Shown here in pieces: positions 24,001 to 39,000 of a stretch of 64,000 bases of DNA. The position numbers were made by a program, and so were the translations under genes. Under the pieces are notes generated by a model. It was not told the origin of the DNA, did no database searches, and was given only the letters and a program-made list of their open reading frames with translations. Each line of letters starts with the position of its first letter. Positions within the stretch are counted from its first letter, which is position 1. Source of the DNA: Owenia fusiformis (taxonomy: Eukaryota); contig CAIIXF020000001.1 of NCBI GenBank assembly GCA_903813345.2, positions 25,544,001 to 25,608,000 on the forward strand, in the 5' to 3' direction.

Positions 24001-27000
24001 CAGCTACTGTTGTTGTAACATCAGCCGTTGTTGCATCAGCAACTGTTGTTGCAGCATCAGCTGTAGTTGTGTCAGCCACTGTAGTTGTAGCATCAGCTGC
24101 TGTAGTATCTGCCGTAGTTGCGTCAGCCACTGTAGTTGTGTCAGCTACTGTTGTTGTAACATCAGCCGTTGTTGCATCAGCAACTGTTGTTGCAGCATCA
24201 GCTGTAGTTGTGTCAGCCACTGTAGTTGTAGCATCAGCTGCTGTAGTATCTGCCGTAGTTGCGTCAGCCACTGTAGTTGTGTCAGCTACTGTTGTTGTAA
24301 CATCAGCCGTTGTTGCATCAGCAACTGTTGTTGCAGCATCAGCTGTAGTTGTGTCAGCCACTGTAGTTGTAGCATCAGCTGCTGTAGTATCTGCCGTAGT
24401 TGCGTCAGCCACTGTAGTTGTGTCAGCTACTGTTGTTGTAACATCAGCCGTTGTTGCATCAGCAACTGTTGTTGCAGCATCAGCTGTAGTTGTGTCAGCC
24501 ACTGTAGTTGTAGCATCAGCTGCTGTAGTATCTGCCGTAGTTGCGTCAGCCACTGTAGTTGTGTCAGCTACTGTTGTTGTAACATCAGCCGTTGTTGCAT
24601 CAGCAACTGTTGTTGCAGCATCAGCTGTAGTTGTGTCAGCCACTGTAGTTGTAGCATCAGCTGCTGTAGTATCTGCCGTAGTTGCGTCAGCCACTGTAGT
24701 TGTGTCAGCTACTGTTGTTGTAACATCAGCCGTTGTTGCATCAGCAACTGTTGTTGCAGCATCAGCTGTAGTTGTGTCAGCCACTGTAGTTGTAGCATCA
24801 GCTGCTGTAGTATCTGCCGTAGTTGCGTCAGCCACTGTAGTTGTGTCAGCTACTGTTGTTGTAACATCAGCCGTTGTTGCATCAGCAACTGTTGTTGCAG
24901 CATCAGCTGTAGTTGTGTCAGCCACTGTAGTTGTAGCATCAGCTGCTGTAGTATCTGCCGTAGTTGCGTCAGCCACTGTAGTTGTGTCAGCTACTGTTGT
25001 TGTAACATCAGCCGTTGTTGCATCAGCAACTGTTGTTGCAGCATCAGCTGTAGTTGTGTCAGCCACTGTAGTTGTAGCATCAGCTGCTGTAGTATCTGCC
25101 GTAGTTGCGTCAGCCACTGTAGTTGTGTCAGCTACTGTTGTTGTAACATCAGCCGTTGTTGCATCAGCAACTGTTGTTGCAGCATCAGCTGTAGTTGTGT
25201 CAGCCACTGTAGTTGTAGCATCAGCTGCTGTAGTATCTGCCGTAGTTGCGTCAGCCACTGTAGTTGTGTCAGCTACTGTTGTTGTAACATCAGCCGTTGT
25301 TGCATCAGCAACTGTTGTTGCAGCATCAGCTGTAGTTGTGTCAGCCACTGTAGTTGTAGCATCAGCTGCTGTAGTATCTGCCGTAGTTGCGTCAGCCACT
25401 GTAGTTGTGTCAGCTACTGTTGTTGTAACATCAGCCGTTGTTGCATCAGCAACTGTTGTTGCAGCATCAGCTGTAGTTGTGTCAGCCACTGTAGTTGTAG
25501 CATCAGCTGCTGTAGTATCTGCCGTAGTTGCGTCAGCCACTGTAGTTGTGTCAGCTACTGTTGTTGTAACATCAGCCGTTGTTGCATCAGCAACTGTTGT
25601 TGCAGCATCAGCTGTAGTTGTGTCAGCCACTGTAGTTGTAGCATCAGCTGCTGTAGTATCTGCCGTAGTTGCGTCAGCCACTGTAGTTGTGTCAGCTACT
25701 GTTGTTGTAACATCAGCCGTTGTTGCATCAGCAACTGTTGTTGCAGCATCAGCTGTAGTTGTGTCAGCCACTGTAGTTGTAGCATCAGCTGCTGTAGTAT
25801 CTGCCGTAGTTGCGTCAGCCACTGTAGTTGTGTCAGCTACTGTTGTTGTAACATCAGCCGTTGTTGCATCAGCAACTGTTGTTGCAGCATCAGCTGTAGT
25901 TGTGTCAGCCACTGTAGTTGTAGCATCAGCTGCTGTAGTATCTGCCGTAGTTGCGTCAGCCACTGTAGTTGTGTCAGCTACTGTTGTTGTAACATCAGCC
26001 GTTGTTGCATCAGCAACTGTTGTTGCAGCATCAGCTGTAGTTGTGTCAGCCACTGTAGTTGTAGCATCAGCTGCTGTAGTATCTGCCGTAGTTGCGTCAG
26101 CCACTGTAGTTGTGTCAGCTACTGTTGTTGTAACATCAGCCGTTGTTGCATCAGCAACTGTTGTTGCAGCATCAGCTGTAGTTGTGTCAGCCACTGTAGT
26201 TGTAGCATCAGCTGCTGTAGTATCTGCCGTAGTTGCGTCAGCCACTGTAGTTGTGTCAGCTACTGTTGTTGTAACATCAGCCGTTGTTGCATCAGCAACT
26301 GTTGTTGCAGCATCAGCTGTAGTTGTGTCAGCCACTGTAGTTGTAGCATCAGCTGCTGTAGTATCTGCCGTAGTTGCGTCAGCCACTGTAGTTGTGTCAG
26401 CTACTGTTGTTGTAACATCAGCCGTTGTTGCATCAGCAACTGTTGTTGCAGCATCAGCTGTAGTTGTGTCAGCCACTGTAGTTGTAGCATCAGCTGCTGT
26501 AGTATCTGCCGTAGTTGCGTCAGCCACTGTAGTTGTGTCAGCTACTGTTGTTGTAACATCAGCCGTTGTTGCATCAGCAACTGTTGTTGCAGCATCAGCT
26601 GTAGTTGTGTCAGCCACTGTAGTTGTAGCATCAGCTGCTGTAGTATCTGCCGTAGTTGCGTCAGCCACTGTAGTTGTGTCAGCTACTGTTGTTGTAACAT
26701 CAGCCGTTGTTGCATCAGCAACTGTTGTTGCAGCATCAGCTGTAGTTGTGTCAGCCACTGTAGTTGTAGCATCAGCTGCTGTAGTATCTGCCGTAGTTGC
26801 GTCAGCCACTGTAGTTGTGTCAGCTACTGTTGTTGTAACATCAGCCGTTGTTGCATCAGCAACTGTTGTTGCAGCATCAGCTGTAGTTGTGTCAGCCACT
26901 GTAGTTGTAGCATCAGCTGCTGTAGTATCTGCCGTAGTTGCGTCAGCCACTGTAGTTGTGTCAGCTACTGTTGTTGTAACATCAGCCGTTGTTGCATCAG

Positions 27001-30000
27001 CAACTGTTGTTGCAGCATCAGCTGTAGTTGTGTCAGCCACTGTAGTTGTAGCATCAGCTGCTGTAGTATCTGCCGTAGTTGCGTCAGCCACTGTAGTTGT
27101 GTCAGCTACTGTTGTTGTAACATCAGCCGTTGTTGCATCAGCAACTGTTGTTGCAGCATCAGCTGTAGTTGTGTCAGCCACTGTAGTTGTAGCATCAGCT
27201 GCTGTAGTATCTGCCGTAGTTGCGTCAGCCACTGTAGTTGTGTCAGCTACTGTTGTTGTAACATCAGCCGTTGTTGCATCAGCAACTGTTGTTGCAGCAT
27301 CAGCTGTAGTTGTGTCAGCCACTGTAGTTGTAGCATCAGCTGCTGTAGTATCTGCCGTAGTTGCGTCAGCCACTGTAGTTGTGTCAGCTACTGTTGTTGT
27401 AACATCAGCCGTTGTTGCATCAGCAACTGTTGTTGCAGCATCAGCTGTAGTTGTGTCAGCCACTGTAGTTGTAGCATCAGCTGCTGTAGTATCTGCCGTA
27501 GTTGCGTCAGCCACTGTAGTTGTGTCAGCTACTGTTGTTGTAACATCAGCCGTTGTTGCATCAGCAACTGTTGTTGCAGCATCAGCTGTAGTTGTGTCAG
27601 CCACTGTAGTTGTAGCATCAGCTGCTGTAGTATCTGCCGTAGTTGCGTCAGCCACTGTAGTTGTGTCAGCTACTGTTGTTGTAACATCAGCCGTTGTTGC
27701 ATCAGCAACTGTTGTTGCAGCATCAGCTGTAGTTGTGTCAGCCACTGTAGTTGTAGCATCAGCTGCTGTAGTATCTGCCGTAGTTGCGTCAGCCACTGTA
27801 GTTGTGTCAGCTACTGTTGTTGTAACATCAGCCGTTGTTGCATCAGCAACTGTTGTTGCAGCATCAGCTGTAGTTGTGTCAGCCACTGTAGTTGTAGCAT
27901 CAGCTGCTGTAGTATCTGCCGTAGTTGCGTCAGCCACTGTAGTTGTGTCAGCTACTGTTGTTGTAACATCAGCCGTTGTTGCATCAGCAACTGTTGTTGC
28001 AGCATCAGCTGTAGTTGTGTCAGCCACTGTAGTTGTAGCATCAGCTGCTGTAGTATCTGCCGTAGTTGCGTCAGCCACTGTAGTTGTGTCAGCTACTGTT
28101 GTTGTAACATCAGCCGTTGTTGCATCAGCAACTGTTGTTGCAGCATCAGCTGTAGTTGTGTCAGCCACTGTAGTTGTAGCATCAGCTGCTGTAGTATCTG
28201 CCGTAGTTGCGTCAGCCACTGTAGTTGTGTCAGCTACTGTTGTTGTAACATCAGCCGTTGTTGCATCAGCAACTGTTGTTGCAGCATCAGCTGTAGTTGT
28301 GTCAGCCACTGTAGTTGTAGCATCAGCTGCTGTAGTATCTGCCGTAGTTGCGTCAGCCACTGTAGTTGTGTCAGCTACTGTTGTTGTAACATCAGCCGTT
28401 GTTGCATCAGCAACTGTTGTTGCAGCATCAGCTGTAGTTGTGTCAGCCACTGTAGTTGTAGCATCAGCTGCTGTAGTATCTGCCGTAGTTGCGTCAGCCA
28501 CTGTAGTTGTGTCAGCTACTGTTGTTGTAACATCAGCCGTTGTTGCATCAGCAACTGTTGTTGCAGCATCAGCTGTAGTTGTGTCAGCCACTGTAGTTGT
28601 AGCATCAGCTGCTGTAGTATCTGCCGTAGTTGCGTCAGCCACTGTAGTTGTGTCAGCTACTGTTGTTGTAACATCAGCCGTTGTTGCATCAGCAACTGTT
28701 GTTGCAGCATCAGCTGTAGTTGTGTCAGCCACTGTAGTTGTAGCATCAGCTGCTGTAGTATCTGCCGTAGTTGCGTCAGCCACTGTAGTTGTGTCAGCTA
28801 CTGTTGTTGTAACATCAGCCGTTGTTGCATCAGCAACTGTTGTTGCAGCATCAGCTGTAGTTGTGTCAGCCACTGTAGTTGTAGCATCAGCTGCTGTAGT
28901 ATCTGCCGTAGTTGCGTCAGCCACTGTAGTTGTGTCAGCTACTGTTGTTGTAACATCAGCCGTTGTTGCATCAGCAACTGTTGTTGCAGCATCAGCTGTA
29001 GTTGTGTCAGCCACTGTAGTTGTAGCATCAGCTGCTGTAGTATCTGCCGTAGTTGCGTCAGCCACTGTAGTTGTGTCAGCTACTGTTGTTGTAACATCAG
29101 CCGTTGTTGCATCAGCAACTGTTGTTGCAGCATCAGCTGTAGTTGTGTCAGCCACTGTAGTTGTAGCATCAGCTGCTGTAGTATCTGCCGTAGTTGCGTC
29201 AGCCACTGTAGTTGTGTCAGCTACTGTTGTTGTAACATCAGCCGTTGTTGCATCAGCAACTGTTGTTGCAGCATCAGCTGTAGTTGTGTCAGCCACTGTA
29301 GTTGTAGCATCAGCTGCTGTAGTATCTGCCGTAGTTGCGTCAGCCACTGTAGTTGTGTCAGCTACTGTTGTTGTAACATCAGCCGTTGTTGCATCAGCAA
29401 CTGTTGTTGCAGCATCAGCTGTAGTTGTGTCAGCCACTGTAGTTGTAGCATCAGCTGCTGTAGTATCTGCCGTAGTTGCGTCAGCCACTGTAGTTGTGTC
29501 AGCTACTGTTGTTGTAACATCAGCCGTTGTTGCATCAGCAACTGTTGTTGCAGCATCAGCTGTAGTTGTGTCAGCCACTGTAGTTGTAGCATCAGCTGCT
29601 GTAGTATCTGCCGTAGTTGCGTCAGCCACTGTAGTTGTGTCAGCTACTGTTGTTGTAACATCAGCCGTTGTTGCATCAGCAACTGTTGTTGCAGCATCAG
29701 CTGTAGTTGTGTCAGCCACTGTAGTTGTAGCATCAGCTGCTGTAGTATCTGCCGTAGTTGCGTCAGCCACTGTAGTTGTGTCAGCTACTGTTGTTGTAAC
29801 ATCAGCCGTTGTTGCATCAGCAACTGTTGTTGCAGCATCAGCTGTAGTTGTGTCAGCCACTGTAGTTGTAGCATCAGCTGCTGTAGTATCTGCCGTAGTT
29901 GCGTCAGCCACTGTAGTTGTGTCAGCTACTGTTGTTGTAACATCAGCCGTTGTTGCATCAGCAACTGTTGTTGCAGCATCAGCTGTAGTTGTGTCAGCCA

Positions 30001-33000
30001 CTGTAGTTGTAGCATCAGCTGCTGTAGTATCTGCCGTAGTTGCGTCAGCCACTGTAGTTGTGTCAGCTACTGTTGTTGTAACATCAGCCGTTGTTGCATC
30101 AGCAACTGTTGTTGCAGCATCAGCTGTAGTTGTGTCAGCCACTGTAGTTGTAGCATCAGCTGCTGTAGTATCTGCCGTAGTTGCGTCAGCCACTGTAGTT
30201 GTGTCAGCTACTGTTGTTGTAACATCAGCCGTTGTTGCATCAGCAACTGTTGTTGCAGCATCAGCTGTAGTTGTGTCAGCCACTGTAGTTGTAGCATCAG
30301 CTGCTGTAGTATCTGCCGTAGTTGCGTCAGCCACTGTAGTTGTGTCAGCTACTGTTGTTGTAACATCAGCCGTTGTTGCATCAGCAACTGTTGTTGCAGC
30401 ATCAGCTGTAGTTGTGTCAGCCACTGTAGTTGTAGCATCAGCTGCTGTAGTATCTGCCGTAGTTGCGTCAGCCACTGTAGTTGTGTCAGCTACTGTTGTT
30501 GTAACATCAGCCGTTGTTGCATCAGCAACTGTTGTTGCAGCATCAGCTGTAGTTGTGTCAGCCACTGTAGTTGTAGCATCAGCTGCTGTAGTATCTGCCG
30601 TAGTTGCGTCAGCCACTGTAGTTGTGTCAGCTACTGTTGTTGTAACATCAGCCGTTGTTGCATCAGCAACTGTTGTTGCAGCATCAGCTGTAGTTGTGTC
30701 AGCCACTGTAGTTGTAGCATCAGCTGCTGTAGTATCTGCCGTAGTTGCGTCAGCCACTGTAGTTGTGTCAGCTACTGTTGTTGTAACATCAGCCGTTGTT
30801 GCATCAGCAACTGTTGTTGCAGCATCAGCTGTAGTTGTGTCAGCCACTGTAGTTGTAGCATCAGCTGCTGTAGTATCTGCCGTAGTTGCGTCAGCCACTG
30901 TAGTTGTGTCAGCTACTGTTGTTGTAACATCAGCCGTTGTTGCATCAGCAACTGTTGTTGCAGCATCAGCTGTAGTTGTGTCAGCCACTGTAGTTGTAGC
31001 ATCAGCTGCTGTAGTATCTGCCGTAGTTGCGTCAGCCACTGTAGTTGTGTCAGCTACTGTTGTTGTAACATCAGCCGTTGTTGCATCAGCAACTGTTGTT
31101 GCAGCATCAGCTGTAGTTGTGTCAGCCACTGTAGTTGTAGCATCAGCTGCTGTAGTATCTGCCGTAGTTGCGTCAGCCACTGTAGTTGTGTCAGCTACTG
31201 TTGTTGTAACATCAGCCGTTGTTGCATCAGCAACTGTTGTTGCAGCATCAGCTGTAGTTGTGTCAGCCACTGTAGTTGTAGCATCAGCTGCTGTAGTATC
31301 TGCCGTAGTTGCGTCAGCCACTGTAGTTGTGTCAGCTACTGTTGTTGTAACATCAGCCGTTGTTGCATCAGCAACTGTTGTTGCAGCATCAGCTGTAGTT
31401 GTGTCAGCCACTGTAGTTGTAGCATCAGCTGCTGTAGTATCTGCCGTAGTTGCGTCAGCCACTGTAGTTGTGTCAGCTACTGTTGTTGTAACATCAGCCG
31501 TTGTTGCATCAGCAACTGTTGTTGCAGCATCAGCTGTAGTTGTGTCAGCCACTGTAGTTGTAGCATCAGCTGCTGTAGTATCTGCCGTAGTTGCGTCAGC
31601 CACTGTAGTTGTGTCAGCTACTGTTGTTGTAACATCAGCCGTTGTTGCATCAGCAACTGTTGTTGCAGCATCAGCTGTAGTTGTGTCAGCCACTGTAGTT
31701 GTAGCATCAGCTGCTGTAGTATCTGCCGTAGTTGCGTCAGCCACTGTAGTTGTGTCAGCTACTGTTGTTGTAACATCAGCCGTTGTTGCATCAGCAACTG
31801 TTGTTGCAGCATCAGCTGTAGTTGTGTCAGCCACTGTAGTTGTAGCATCAGCTGCTGTAGTATCTGCCGTAGTTGCGTCAGCCACTGTAGTTGTGTCAGC
31901 TACTGTTGTTGTAACATCAGCCGTTGTTGCATCAGCAACTGTTGTTGCAGCATCAGCTGTAGTTGTGTCAGCCACTGTAGTTGTAGCATCAGCTGCTGTA
32001 GTATCTGCCGTAGTTGCGTCAGCCACTGTAGTTGTGTCAGCTACTGTTGTTGTAACATCAGCCGTTGTTGCATCAGCAACTGTTGTTGCAGCATCAGCTG
32101 TAGTTGTGTCAGCCACTGTAGTTGTAGCATCAGCTGCTGTAGTATCTGCCGTAGTTGCGTCAGCCACTGTAGTTGTGTCAGCTACTGTTGTTGTAACATC
32201 AGCCGTTGTTGCATCAGCAACTGTTGTTGCAGCATCAGCTGTAGTTGTGTCAGCCACTGTAGTTGTAGCATCAGCTGCTGTAGTATCTGCCGTAGTTGCG
32301 TCAGCCACTGTAGTTGTGTCAGCTACTGTTGTTGTAACATCAGCCGTTGTTGCATCAGCAACTGTTGTTGCAGCATCAGCTGTAGTTGTGTCAGCCACTG
32401 TAGTTGTAGCATCAGCTGCTGTAGTATCTGCCGTAGTTGCGTCAGCCACTGTAGTTGTGTCAGCTACTGTTGTTGTAACATCAGCCGTTGTTGCATCAGC
32501 AACTGTTGTTGCAGCATCAGCTGTAGTTGTGTCAGCCACTGTAGTTGTAGCATCAGCTGCTGTAGTATCTGCCGTAGTTGCGTCAGCCACTGTAGTTGTG
32601 TCAGCTACTGTTGTTGTAACATCAGCCGTTGTTGCATCAGCAACTGTTGTTGCAGCATCAGCTGTAGTTGTGTCAGCCACTGTAGTTGTAGCATCAGCTG
32701 CTGTAGTATCTGCCGTAGTTGCGTCAGCCACTGTAGTTGTGTCAGCTACTGTTGTTGTAACATCAGCCGTTGTTGCATCAGCAACTGTTGTTGCAGCATC
32801 AGCTGTAGTTGTGTCAGCCACTGTAGTTGTAGCATCAGCTGCTGTAGTATCTGCCGTAGTTGCGTCAGCCACTGTAGTTGTGTCAGCTACTGTTGTTGTA
32901 ACATCAGCCGTTGTTGCATCAGCAACTGTTGTTGCAGCATCAGCTGTAGTTGTGTCAGCCACTGTAGTTGTAGCATCAGCTGCTGTAGTATCTGCCGTAG

Positions 33001-36000
33001 TTGCGTCAGCCACTGTAGTTGTGTCAGCTACTGTTGTTGTAACATCAGCCGTTGTTGCATCAGCAACTGTTGTTGCAGCATCAGCTGTAGTTGTGTCAGC
33101 CACTGTAGTTGTAGCATCAGCTGCTGTAGTATCTGCCGTAGTTGCGTCAGCCACTGTAGTTGTGTCAGCTACTGTTGTTGTAACATCAGCCGTTGTTGCA
33201 TCAGCAACTGTTGTTGCAGCATCAGCTGTAGTTGTGTCAGCCACTGTAGTTGTAGCATCAGCTGCTGTAGTATCTGCCGTAGTTGCGTCAGCCACTGTAG
33301 TTGTGTCAGCTACTGTTGTTGTAACATCAGCCGTTGTTGCATCAGCAACTGTTGTTGCAGCATCAGCTGTAGTTGTGTCAGCCACTGTAGTTGTAGCATC
33401 AGCTGCTGTAGTATCTGCCGTAGTTGCGTCAGCCACTGTAGTTGTGTCAGCTACTGTTGTTGTAACATCAGCCGTTGTTGCATCAGCAACTGTTGTTGCA
33501 GCATCAGCTGTAGTTGTGTCAGCCACTGTAGTTGTAGCATCAGCTGCTGTAGTATCTGCCGTAGTTGCGTCAGCCACTGTAGTTGTGTCAGCTACTGTTG
33601 TTGTAACATCAGCCGTTGTTGCATCAGCAACTGTTGTTGCAGCATCAGCTGTAGTTGTGTCAGCCACTGTAGTTGTAGCATCAGCTGCTGTAGTATCTGC
33701 CGTAGTTGCGTCAGCCACTGTAGTTGTGTCAGCTACTGTTGTTGTAACATCAGCCGTTGTTGCATCAGCAACTGTTGTTGCAGCATCAGCTGTAGTTGTG
33801 TCAGCCACTGTAGTTGTAGCATCAGCTGCTGTAGTATCTGCCGTAGTTGCGTCAGCCACTGTAGTTGTGTCAGCTACTGTTGTTGTAACATCAGCCGTTG
33901 TTGCATCAGCAACTGTTGTTGCAGCATCAGCTGTAGTTGTGTCAGCCACTGTAGTTGTAGCATCAGCTGCTGTAGTATCTGCCGTAGTTGCGTCAGCCAC
34001 TGTAGTTGTGTCAGCTACTGTTGTTGTAACATCAGCCGTTGTTGCATCAGCAACTGTTGTTGCAGCATCAGCTGTAGTTGTGTCAGCCACTGTAGTTGTA
34101 GCATCAGCTGCTGTAGTATCTGCCGTAGTTGCGTCAGCCACTGTAGTTGTGTCAGCTACTGTTGTTGTAACATCAGCCGTTGTTGCATCAGCAACTGTTG
34201 TTGCAGCATCAGCTGTAGTTGTGTCAGCCACTGTAGTTGTAGCATCAGCTGCTGTAGTATCTGCCGTAGTTGCGTCAGCCACTGTAGTTGTGTCAGCTAC
34301 TGTTGTTGTAACATCAGCCGTTGTTGCATCAGCAACTGTTGTTGCAGCATCAGCTGTAGTTGTGTCAGCCACTGTAGTTGTAGCATCAGCTGCTGTAGTA
34401 TCTGCCGTAGTTGCGTCAGCCACTGTAGTTGTGTCAGCTACTGTTGTTGTAACATCAGCCGTTGTTGCATCAGCAACTGTTGTTGCAGCATCAGCTGTAG
34501 TTGTGTCAGCCACTGTAGTTGTAGCATCAGCTGCTGTAGTATCTGCCGTAGTTGCGTCAGCCACTGTAGTTGTGTCAGCTACTGTTGTTGTAACATCAGC
34601 CGTTGTTGCATCAGCAACTGTTGTTGCAGCATCAGCTGTAGTTGTGTCAGCCACTGTAGTTGTAGCATCAGCTGCTGTAGTATCTGCCGTAGTTGCGTCA
34701 GCCACTGTAGTTGTGTCAGCTACTGTTGTTGTAACATCAGCCGTTGTTGCATCAGCAACTGTTGTTGCAGCATCAGCTGTAGTTGTGTCAGCCACTGTAG
34801 TTGTAGCATCAGCTGCTGTAGTATCTGCCGTAGTTGCGTCAGCCACTGTAGTTGTGTCAGCTACTGTTGTTGTAACATCAGCCGTTGTTGCATCAGCAAC
34901 TGTTGTTGCAGCATCAGCTGTAGTTGTGTCAGCCACTGTAGTTGTAGCATCAGCTGCTGTAGTATCTGCCGTAGTTGCGTCAGCCACTGTAGTTGTGTCA
35001 GCTACTGTTGTTGTAACATCAGCCGTTGTTGCATCAGCAACTGTTGTTGCAGCATCAGCTGTAGTTGTGTCAGCCACTGTAGTTGTAGCATCAGCTGCTG
35101 TAGTATCTGCCGTAGTTGCGTCAGCCACTGTAGTTGTGTCAGCTACTGTTGTTGTAACATCAGCCGTTGTTGCATCAGCAACTGTTGTTGCAGCATCAGC
35201 TGTAGTTGTGTCAGCCACTGTAGTTGTAGCATCAGCTGCTGTAGTATCTGCCGTAGTTGCGTCAGCCACTGTAGTTGTGTCAGCTACTGTTGTTGTAACA
35301 TCAGCCGTTGTTGCATCAGCAACTGTTGTTGCAGCATCAGCTGTAGTTGTGTCAGCCACTGTAGTTGTAGCATCAGCTGCTGTAGTATCTGCCGTAGTTG
35401 CGTCAGCCACTGTAGTTGTGTCAGCTACTGTTGTTGTAACATCAGCCGTTGTTGCATCAGCAACTGTTGTTGCAGCATCAGCTGTAGTTGTGTCAGCCAC
35501 TGTAGTTGTAGCATCAGCTGCTGTAGTATCTGCCGTAGTTGCGTCAGCCACTGTAGTTGTGTCAGCTACTGTTGTTGTAACATCAGCCGTTGTTGCATCA
35601 GCAACTGTTGTTGCAGCATCAGCTGTAGTTGTGTCAGCCACTGTAGTTGTAGCATCAGCTGCTGTAGTATCTGCCGTAGTTGCGTCAGCCACTGTAGTTG
35701 TGTCAGCTACTGTTGTTGTAACATCAGCCGTTGTTGCATCAGCAACTGTTGTTGCAGCATCAGCTGTAGTTGTGTCAGCCACTGTAGTTGTAGCATCAGC
35801 TGCTGTAGTATCTGCCGTAGTTGCGTCAGCCACTGTAGTTGTGTCAGCTACTGTTGTTGTAACATCAGCCGTTGTTGCATCAGCAACTGTTGTTGCAGCA
35901 TCAGCTGTAGTTGTGTCAGCCACTGTAGTTGTAGCATCAGCTGCTGTAGTATCTGCCGTAGTTGCGTCAGCCACTGTAGTTGTGTCAGCTACTGTTGTTG

Positions 36001-39000
36001 TAACATCAGCCGTTGTTGCATCAGCAACTGTTGTTGCAGCATCAGCTGTAGTTGTGTCAGCCACTGTAGTTGTAGCATCAGCTGCTGTAGTATCTGCCGT
36101 AGTTGCGTCAGCCACTGTAGTTGTGTCAGCTACTGTTGTTGTAACATCAGCCGTTGTTGCATCAGCAACTGTTGTTGCAGCATCAGCTGTAGTTGTGTCA
36201 GCCACTGTAGTTGTAGCATCAGCTGCTGTAGTATCTGCCGTAGTTGCGTCAGCCACTGTAGTTGTGTCAGCTACTGTTGTTGTAACATCAGCCGTTGTTG
36301 CATCAGCAACTGTTGTTGCAGCATCAGCTGTAGTTGTGTCAGCCACTGTAGTTGTAGCATCAGCTGCTGTAGTATCTGCCGTAGTTGCGTCAGCCACTGT
36401 AGTTGTGTCAGCTACTGTTGTTGTAACATCAGCCGTTGTTGCATCAGCAACTGTTGTTGCAGCATCAGCTGTAGTTGTGTCAGCCACTGTAGTTGTAGCA
36501 TCAGCTGCTGTAGTATCTGCCGTAGTTGCGTCAGCCACTGTAGTTGTGTCAGCTACTGTTGTTGTAACATCAGCCGTTGTTGCATCAGCAACTGTTGTTG
36601 CAGCATCAGCTGTAGTTGTGTCAGCCACTGTAGTTGTAGCATCAGCTGCTGTAGTATCTGCCGTAGTTGCGTCAGCCACTGTAGTTGTGTCAGCTACTGT
36701 TGTTGTAACATCAGCCGTTGTTGCATCAGCAACTGTTGTTGCAGCATCAGCTGTAGTTGTGTCAGCCACTGTAGTTGTAGCATCAGCTGCTGTAGTATCT
36801 GCCGTAGTTGCGTCAGCCACTGTAGTTGTGTCAGCTACTGTTGTTGTAACATCAGCCGTTGTTGCATCAGCAACTGTTGTTGCAGCATCAGCTGTAGTTG
36901 TGTCAGCCACTGTAGTTGTAGCATCAGCTGCTGTAGTATCTGCCGTAGTTGCGTCAGCCACTGTAGTTGTGTCAGCTACTGTTGTTGTAACATCAGCCGT
37001 TGTTGCATCAGCAACTGTTGTTGCAGCATCAGCTGTAGTTGTGTCAGCCACTGTAGTTGTAGCATCAGCTGCTGTAGTATCTGCCGTAGTTGCGTCAGCC
37101 ACTGTAGTTGTGTCAGCTACTGTTGTTGTAACATCAGCCGTTGTTGCATCAGCAACTGTTGTTGCAGCATCAGCTGTAGTTGTGTCAGCCACTGTAGTTG
37201 TAGCATCAGCTGCTGTAGTATCTGCCGTAGTTGCGTCAGCCACTGTAGTTGTGTCAGCTACTGTTGTTGTAACATCAGCCGTTGTTGCATCAGCAACTGT
37301 TGTTGCAGCATCAGCTGTAGTTGTGTCAGCCACTGTAGTTGTAGCATCAGCTGCTGTAGTATCTGCCGTAGTTGCGTCAGCCACTGTAGTTGTGTCAGCT
37401 ACTGTTGTTGTAACATCAGCCGTTGTTGCATCAGCAACTGTTGTTGCAGCATCAGCTGTAGTTGTGTCAGCCACTGTAGTTGTAGCATCAGCTGCTGTAG
37501 TATCTGCCGTAGTTGCGTCAGCCACTGTAGTTGTGTCAGCTACTGTTGTTGTAACATCAGCCGTTGTTGCATCAGCAACTGTTGTTGCAGCATCAGCTGT
37601 AGTTGTGTCAGCCACTGTAGTTGTAGCATCAGCTGCTGTAGTATCTGCCGTAGTTGCGTCAGCCACTGTAGTTGTGTCAGCTACTGTTGTTGTAACATCA
37701 GCCGTTGTTGCATCAGCAACTGTTGTTGCAGCATCAGCTGTAGTTGTGTCAGCCACTGTAGTTGTAGCATCAGCTGCTGTAGTATCTGCCGTAGTTGCGT
37801 CAGCCACTGTAGTTGTGTCAGCTACTGTTGTTGTAACATCAGCCGTTGTTGCATCAGCAACTGTTGTTGCAGCATCAGCTGTAGTTGTGTCAGCCACTGT
37901 AGTTGTAGCATCAGCTGCTGTAGTATCTGCCGTAGTTGCGTCAGCCACTGTAGTTGTGTCAGCTACTGTTGTTGTAACATCAGCCGTTGTTGCATCAGCA
38001 ACTGTTGTTGCAGCATCAGCTGTAGTTGTGTCAGCCACTGTAGTTGTAGCATCAGCTGCTGTAGTATCTGCCGTAGTTGCGTCAGCCACTGTAGTTGTGT
38101 CAGCTACTGTTGTTGTAACATCAGCCGTTGTTGCATCAGCAACTGTTGTTGCAGCATCAGCTGTAGTTGTGTCAGCCACTGTAGTTGTAGCATCAGCTGC
38201 TGTAGTATCTGCCGTAGTTGCGTCAGCCACTGTAGTTGTGTCAGCTACTGTTGTTGTAACATCAGCCGTTGTTGCATCAGCAACTGTTGTTGCAGCATCA
38301 GCTGTAGTTGTGTCAGCCACTGTAGTTGTAGCATCAGCTGCTGTAGTATCTGCCGTAGTTGCGTCAGCCACTGTAGTTGTGTCAGCTACTGTTGTTGTAA
38401 CATCAGCCGTTGTTGCATCAGCAACTGTTGTTGCAGCATCAGCTGTAGTTGTGTCAGCCACTGTAGTTGTAGCATCAGCTGCTGTAGTATCTGCCGTAGT
38501 TGCGTCAGCCACTGTAGTTGTGTCAGCTACTGTTGTTGTAACATCAGCCGTTGTTGCATCAGCAACTGTTGTTGCAGCATCAGCTGTAGTTGTGTCAGCC
38601 ACTGTAGTTGTAGCATCAGCTGCTGTAGTATCTGCCGTAGTTGCGTCAGCCACTGTAGTTGTGTCAGCTACTGTTGTTGTAACATCAGCCGTTGTTGCAT
38701 CAGCAACTGTTGTTGCAGCATCAGCTGTAGTTGTGTCAGCCACTGTAGTTGTAGCATCAGCTGCTGTAGTATCTGCCGTAGTTGCGTCAGCCACTGTAGT
38801 TGTGTCAGCTACTGTTGTTGTAACATCAGCCGTTGTTGCATCAGCAACTGTTGTTGCAGCATCAGCTGTAGTTGTGTCAGCCACTGTAGTTGTAGCATCA
38901 GCTGCTGTAGTATCTGCCGTAGTTGCGTCAGCCACTGTAGTTGTGTCAGCTACTGTTGTTGTAACATCAGCCGTTGTTGCATCAGCAACTGTTGTTGCAG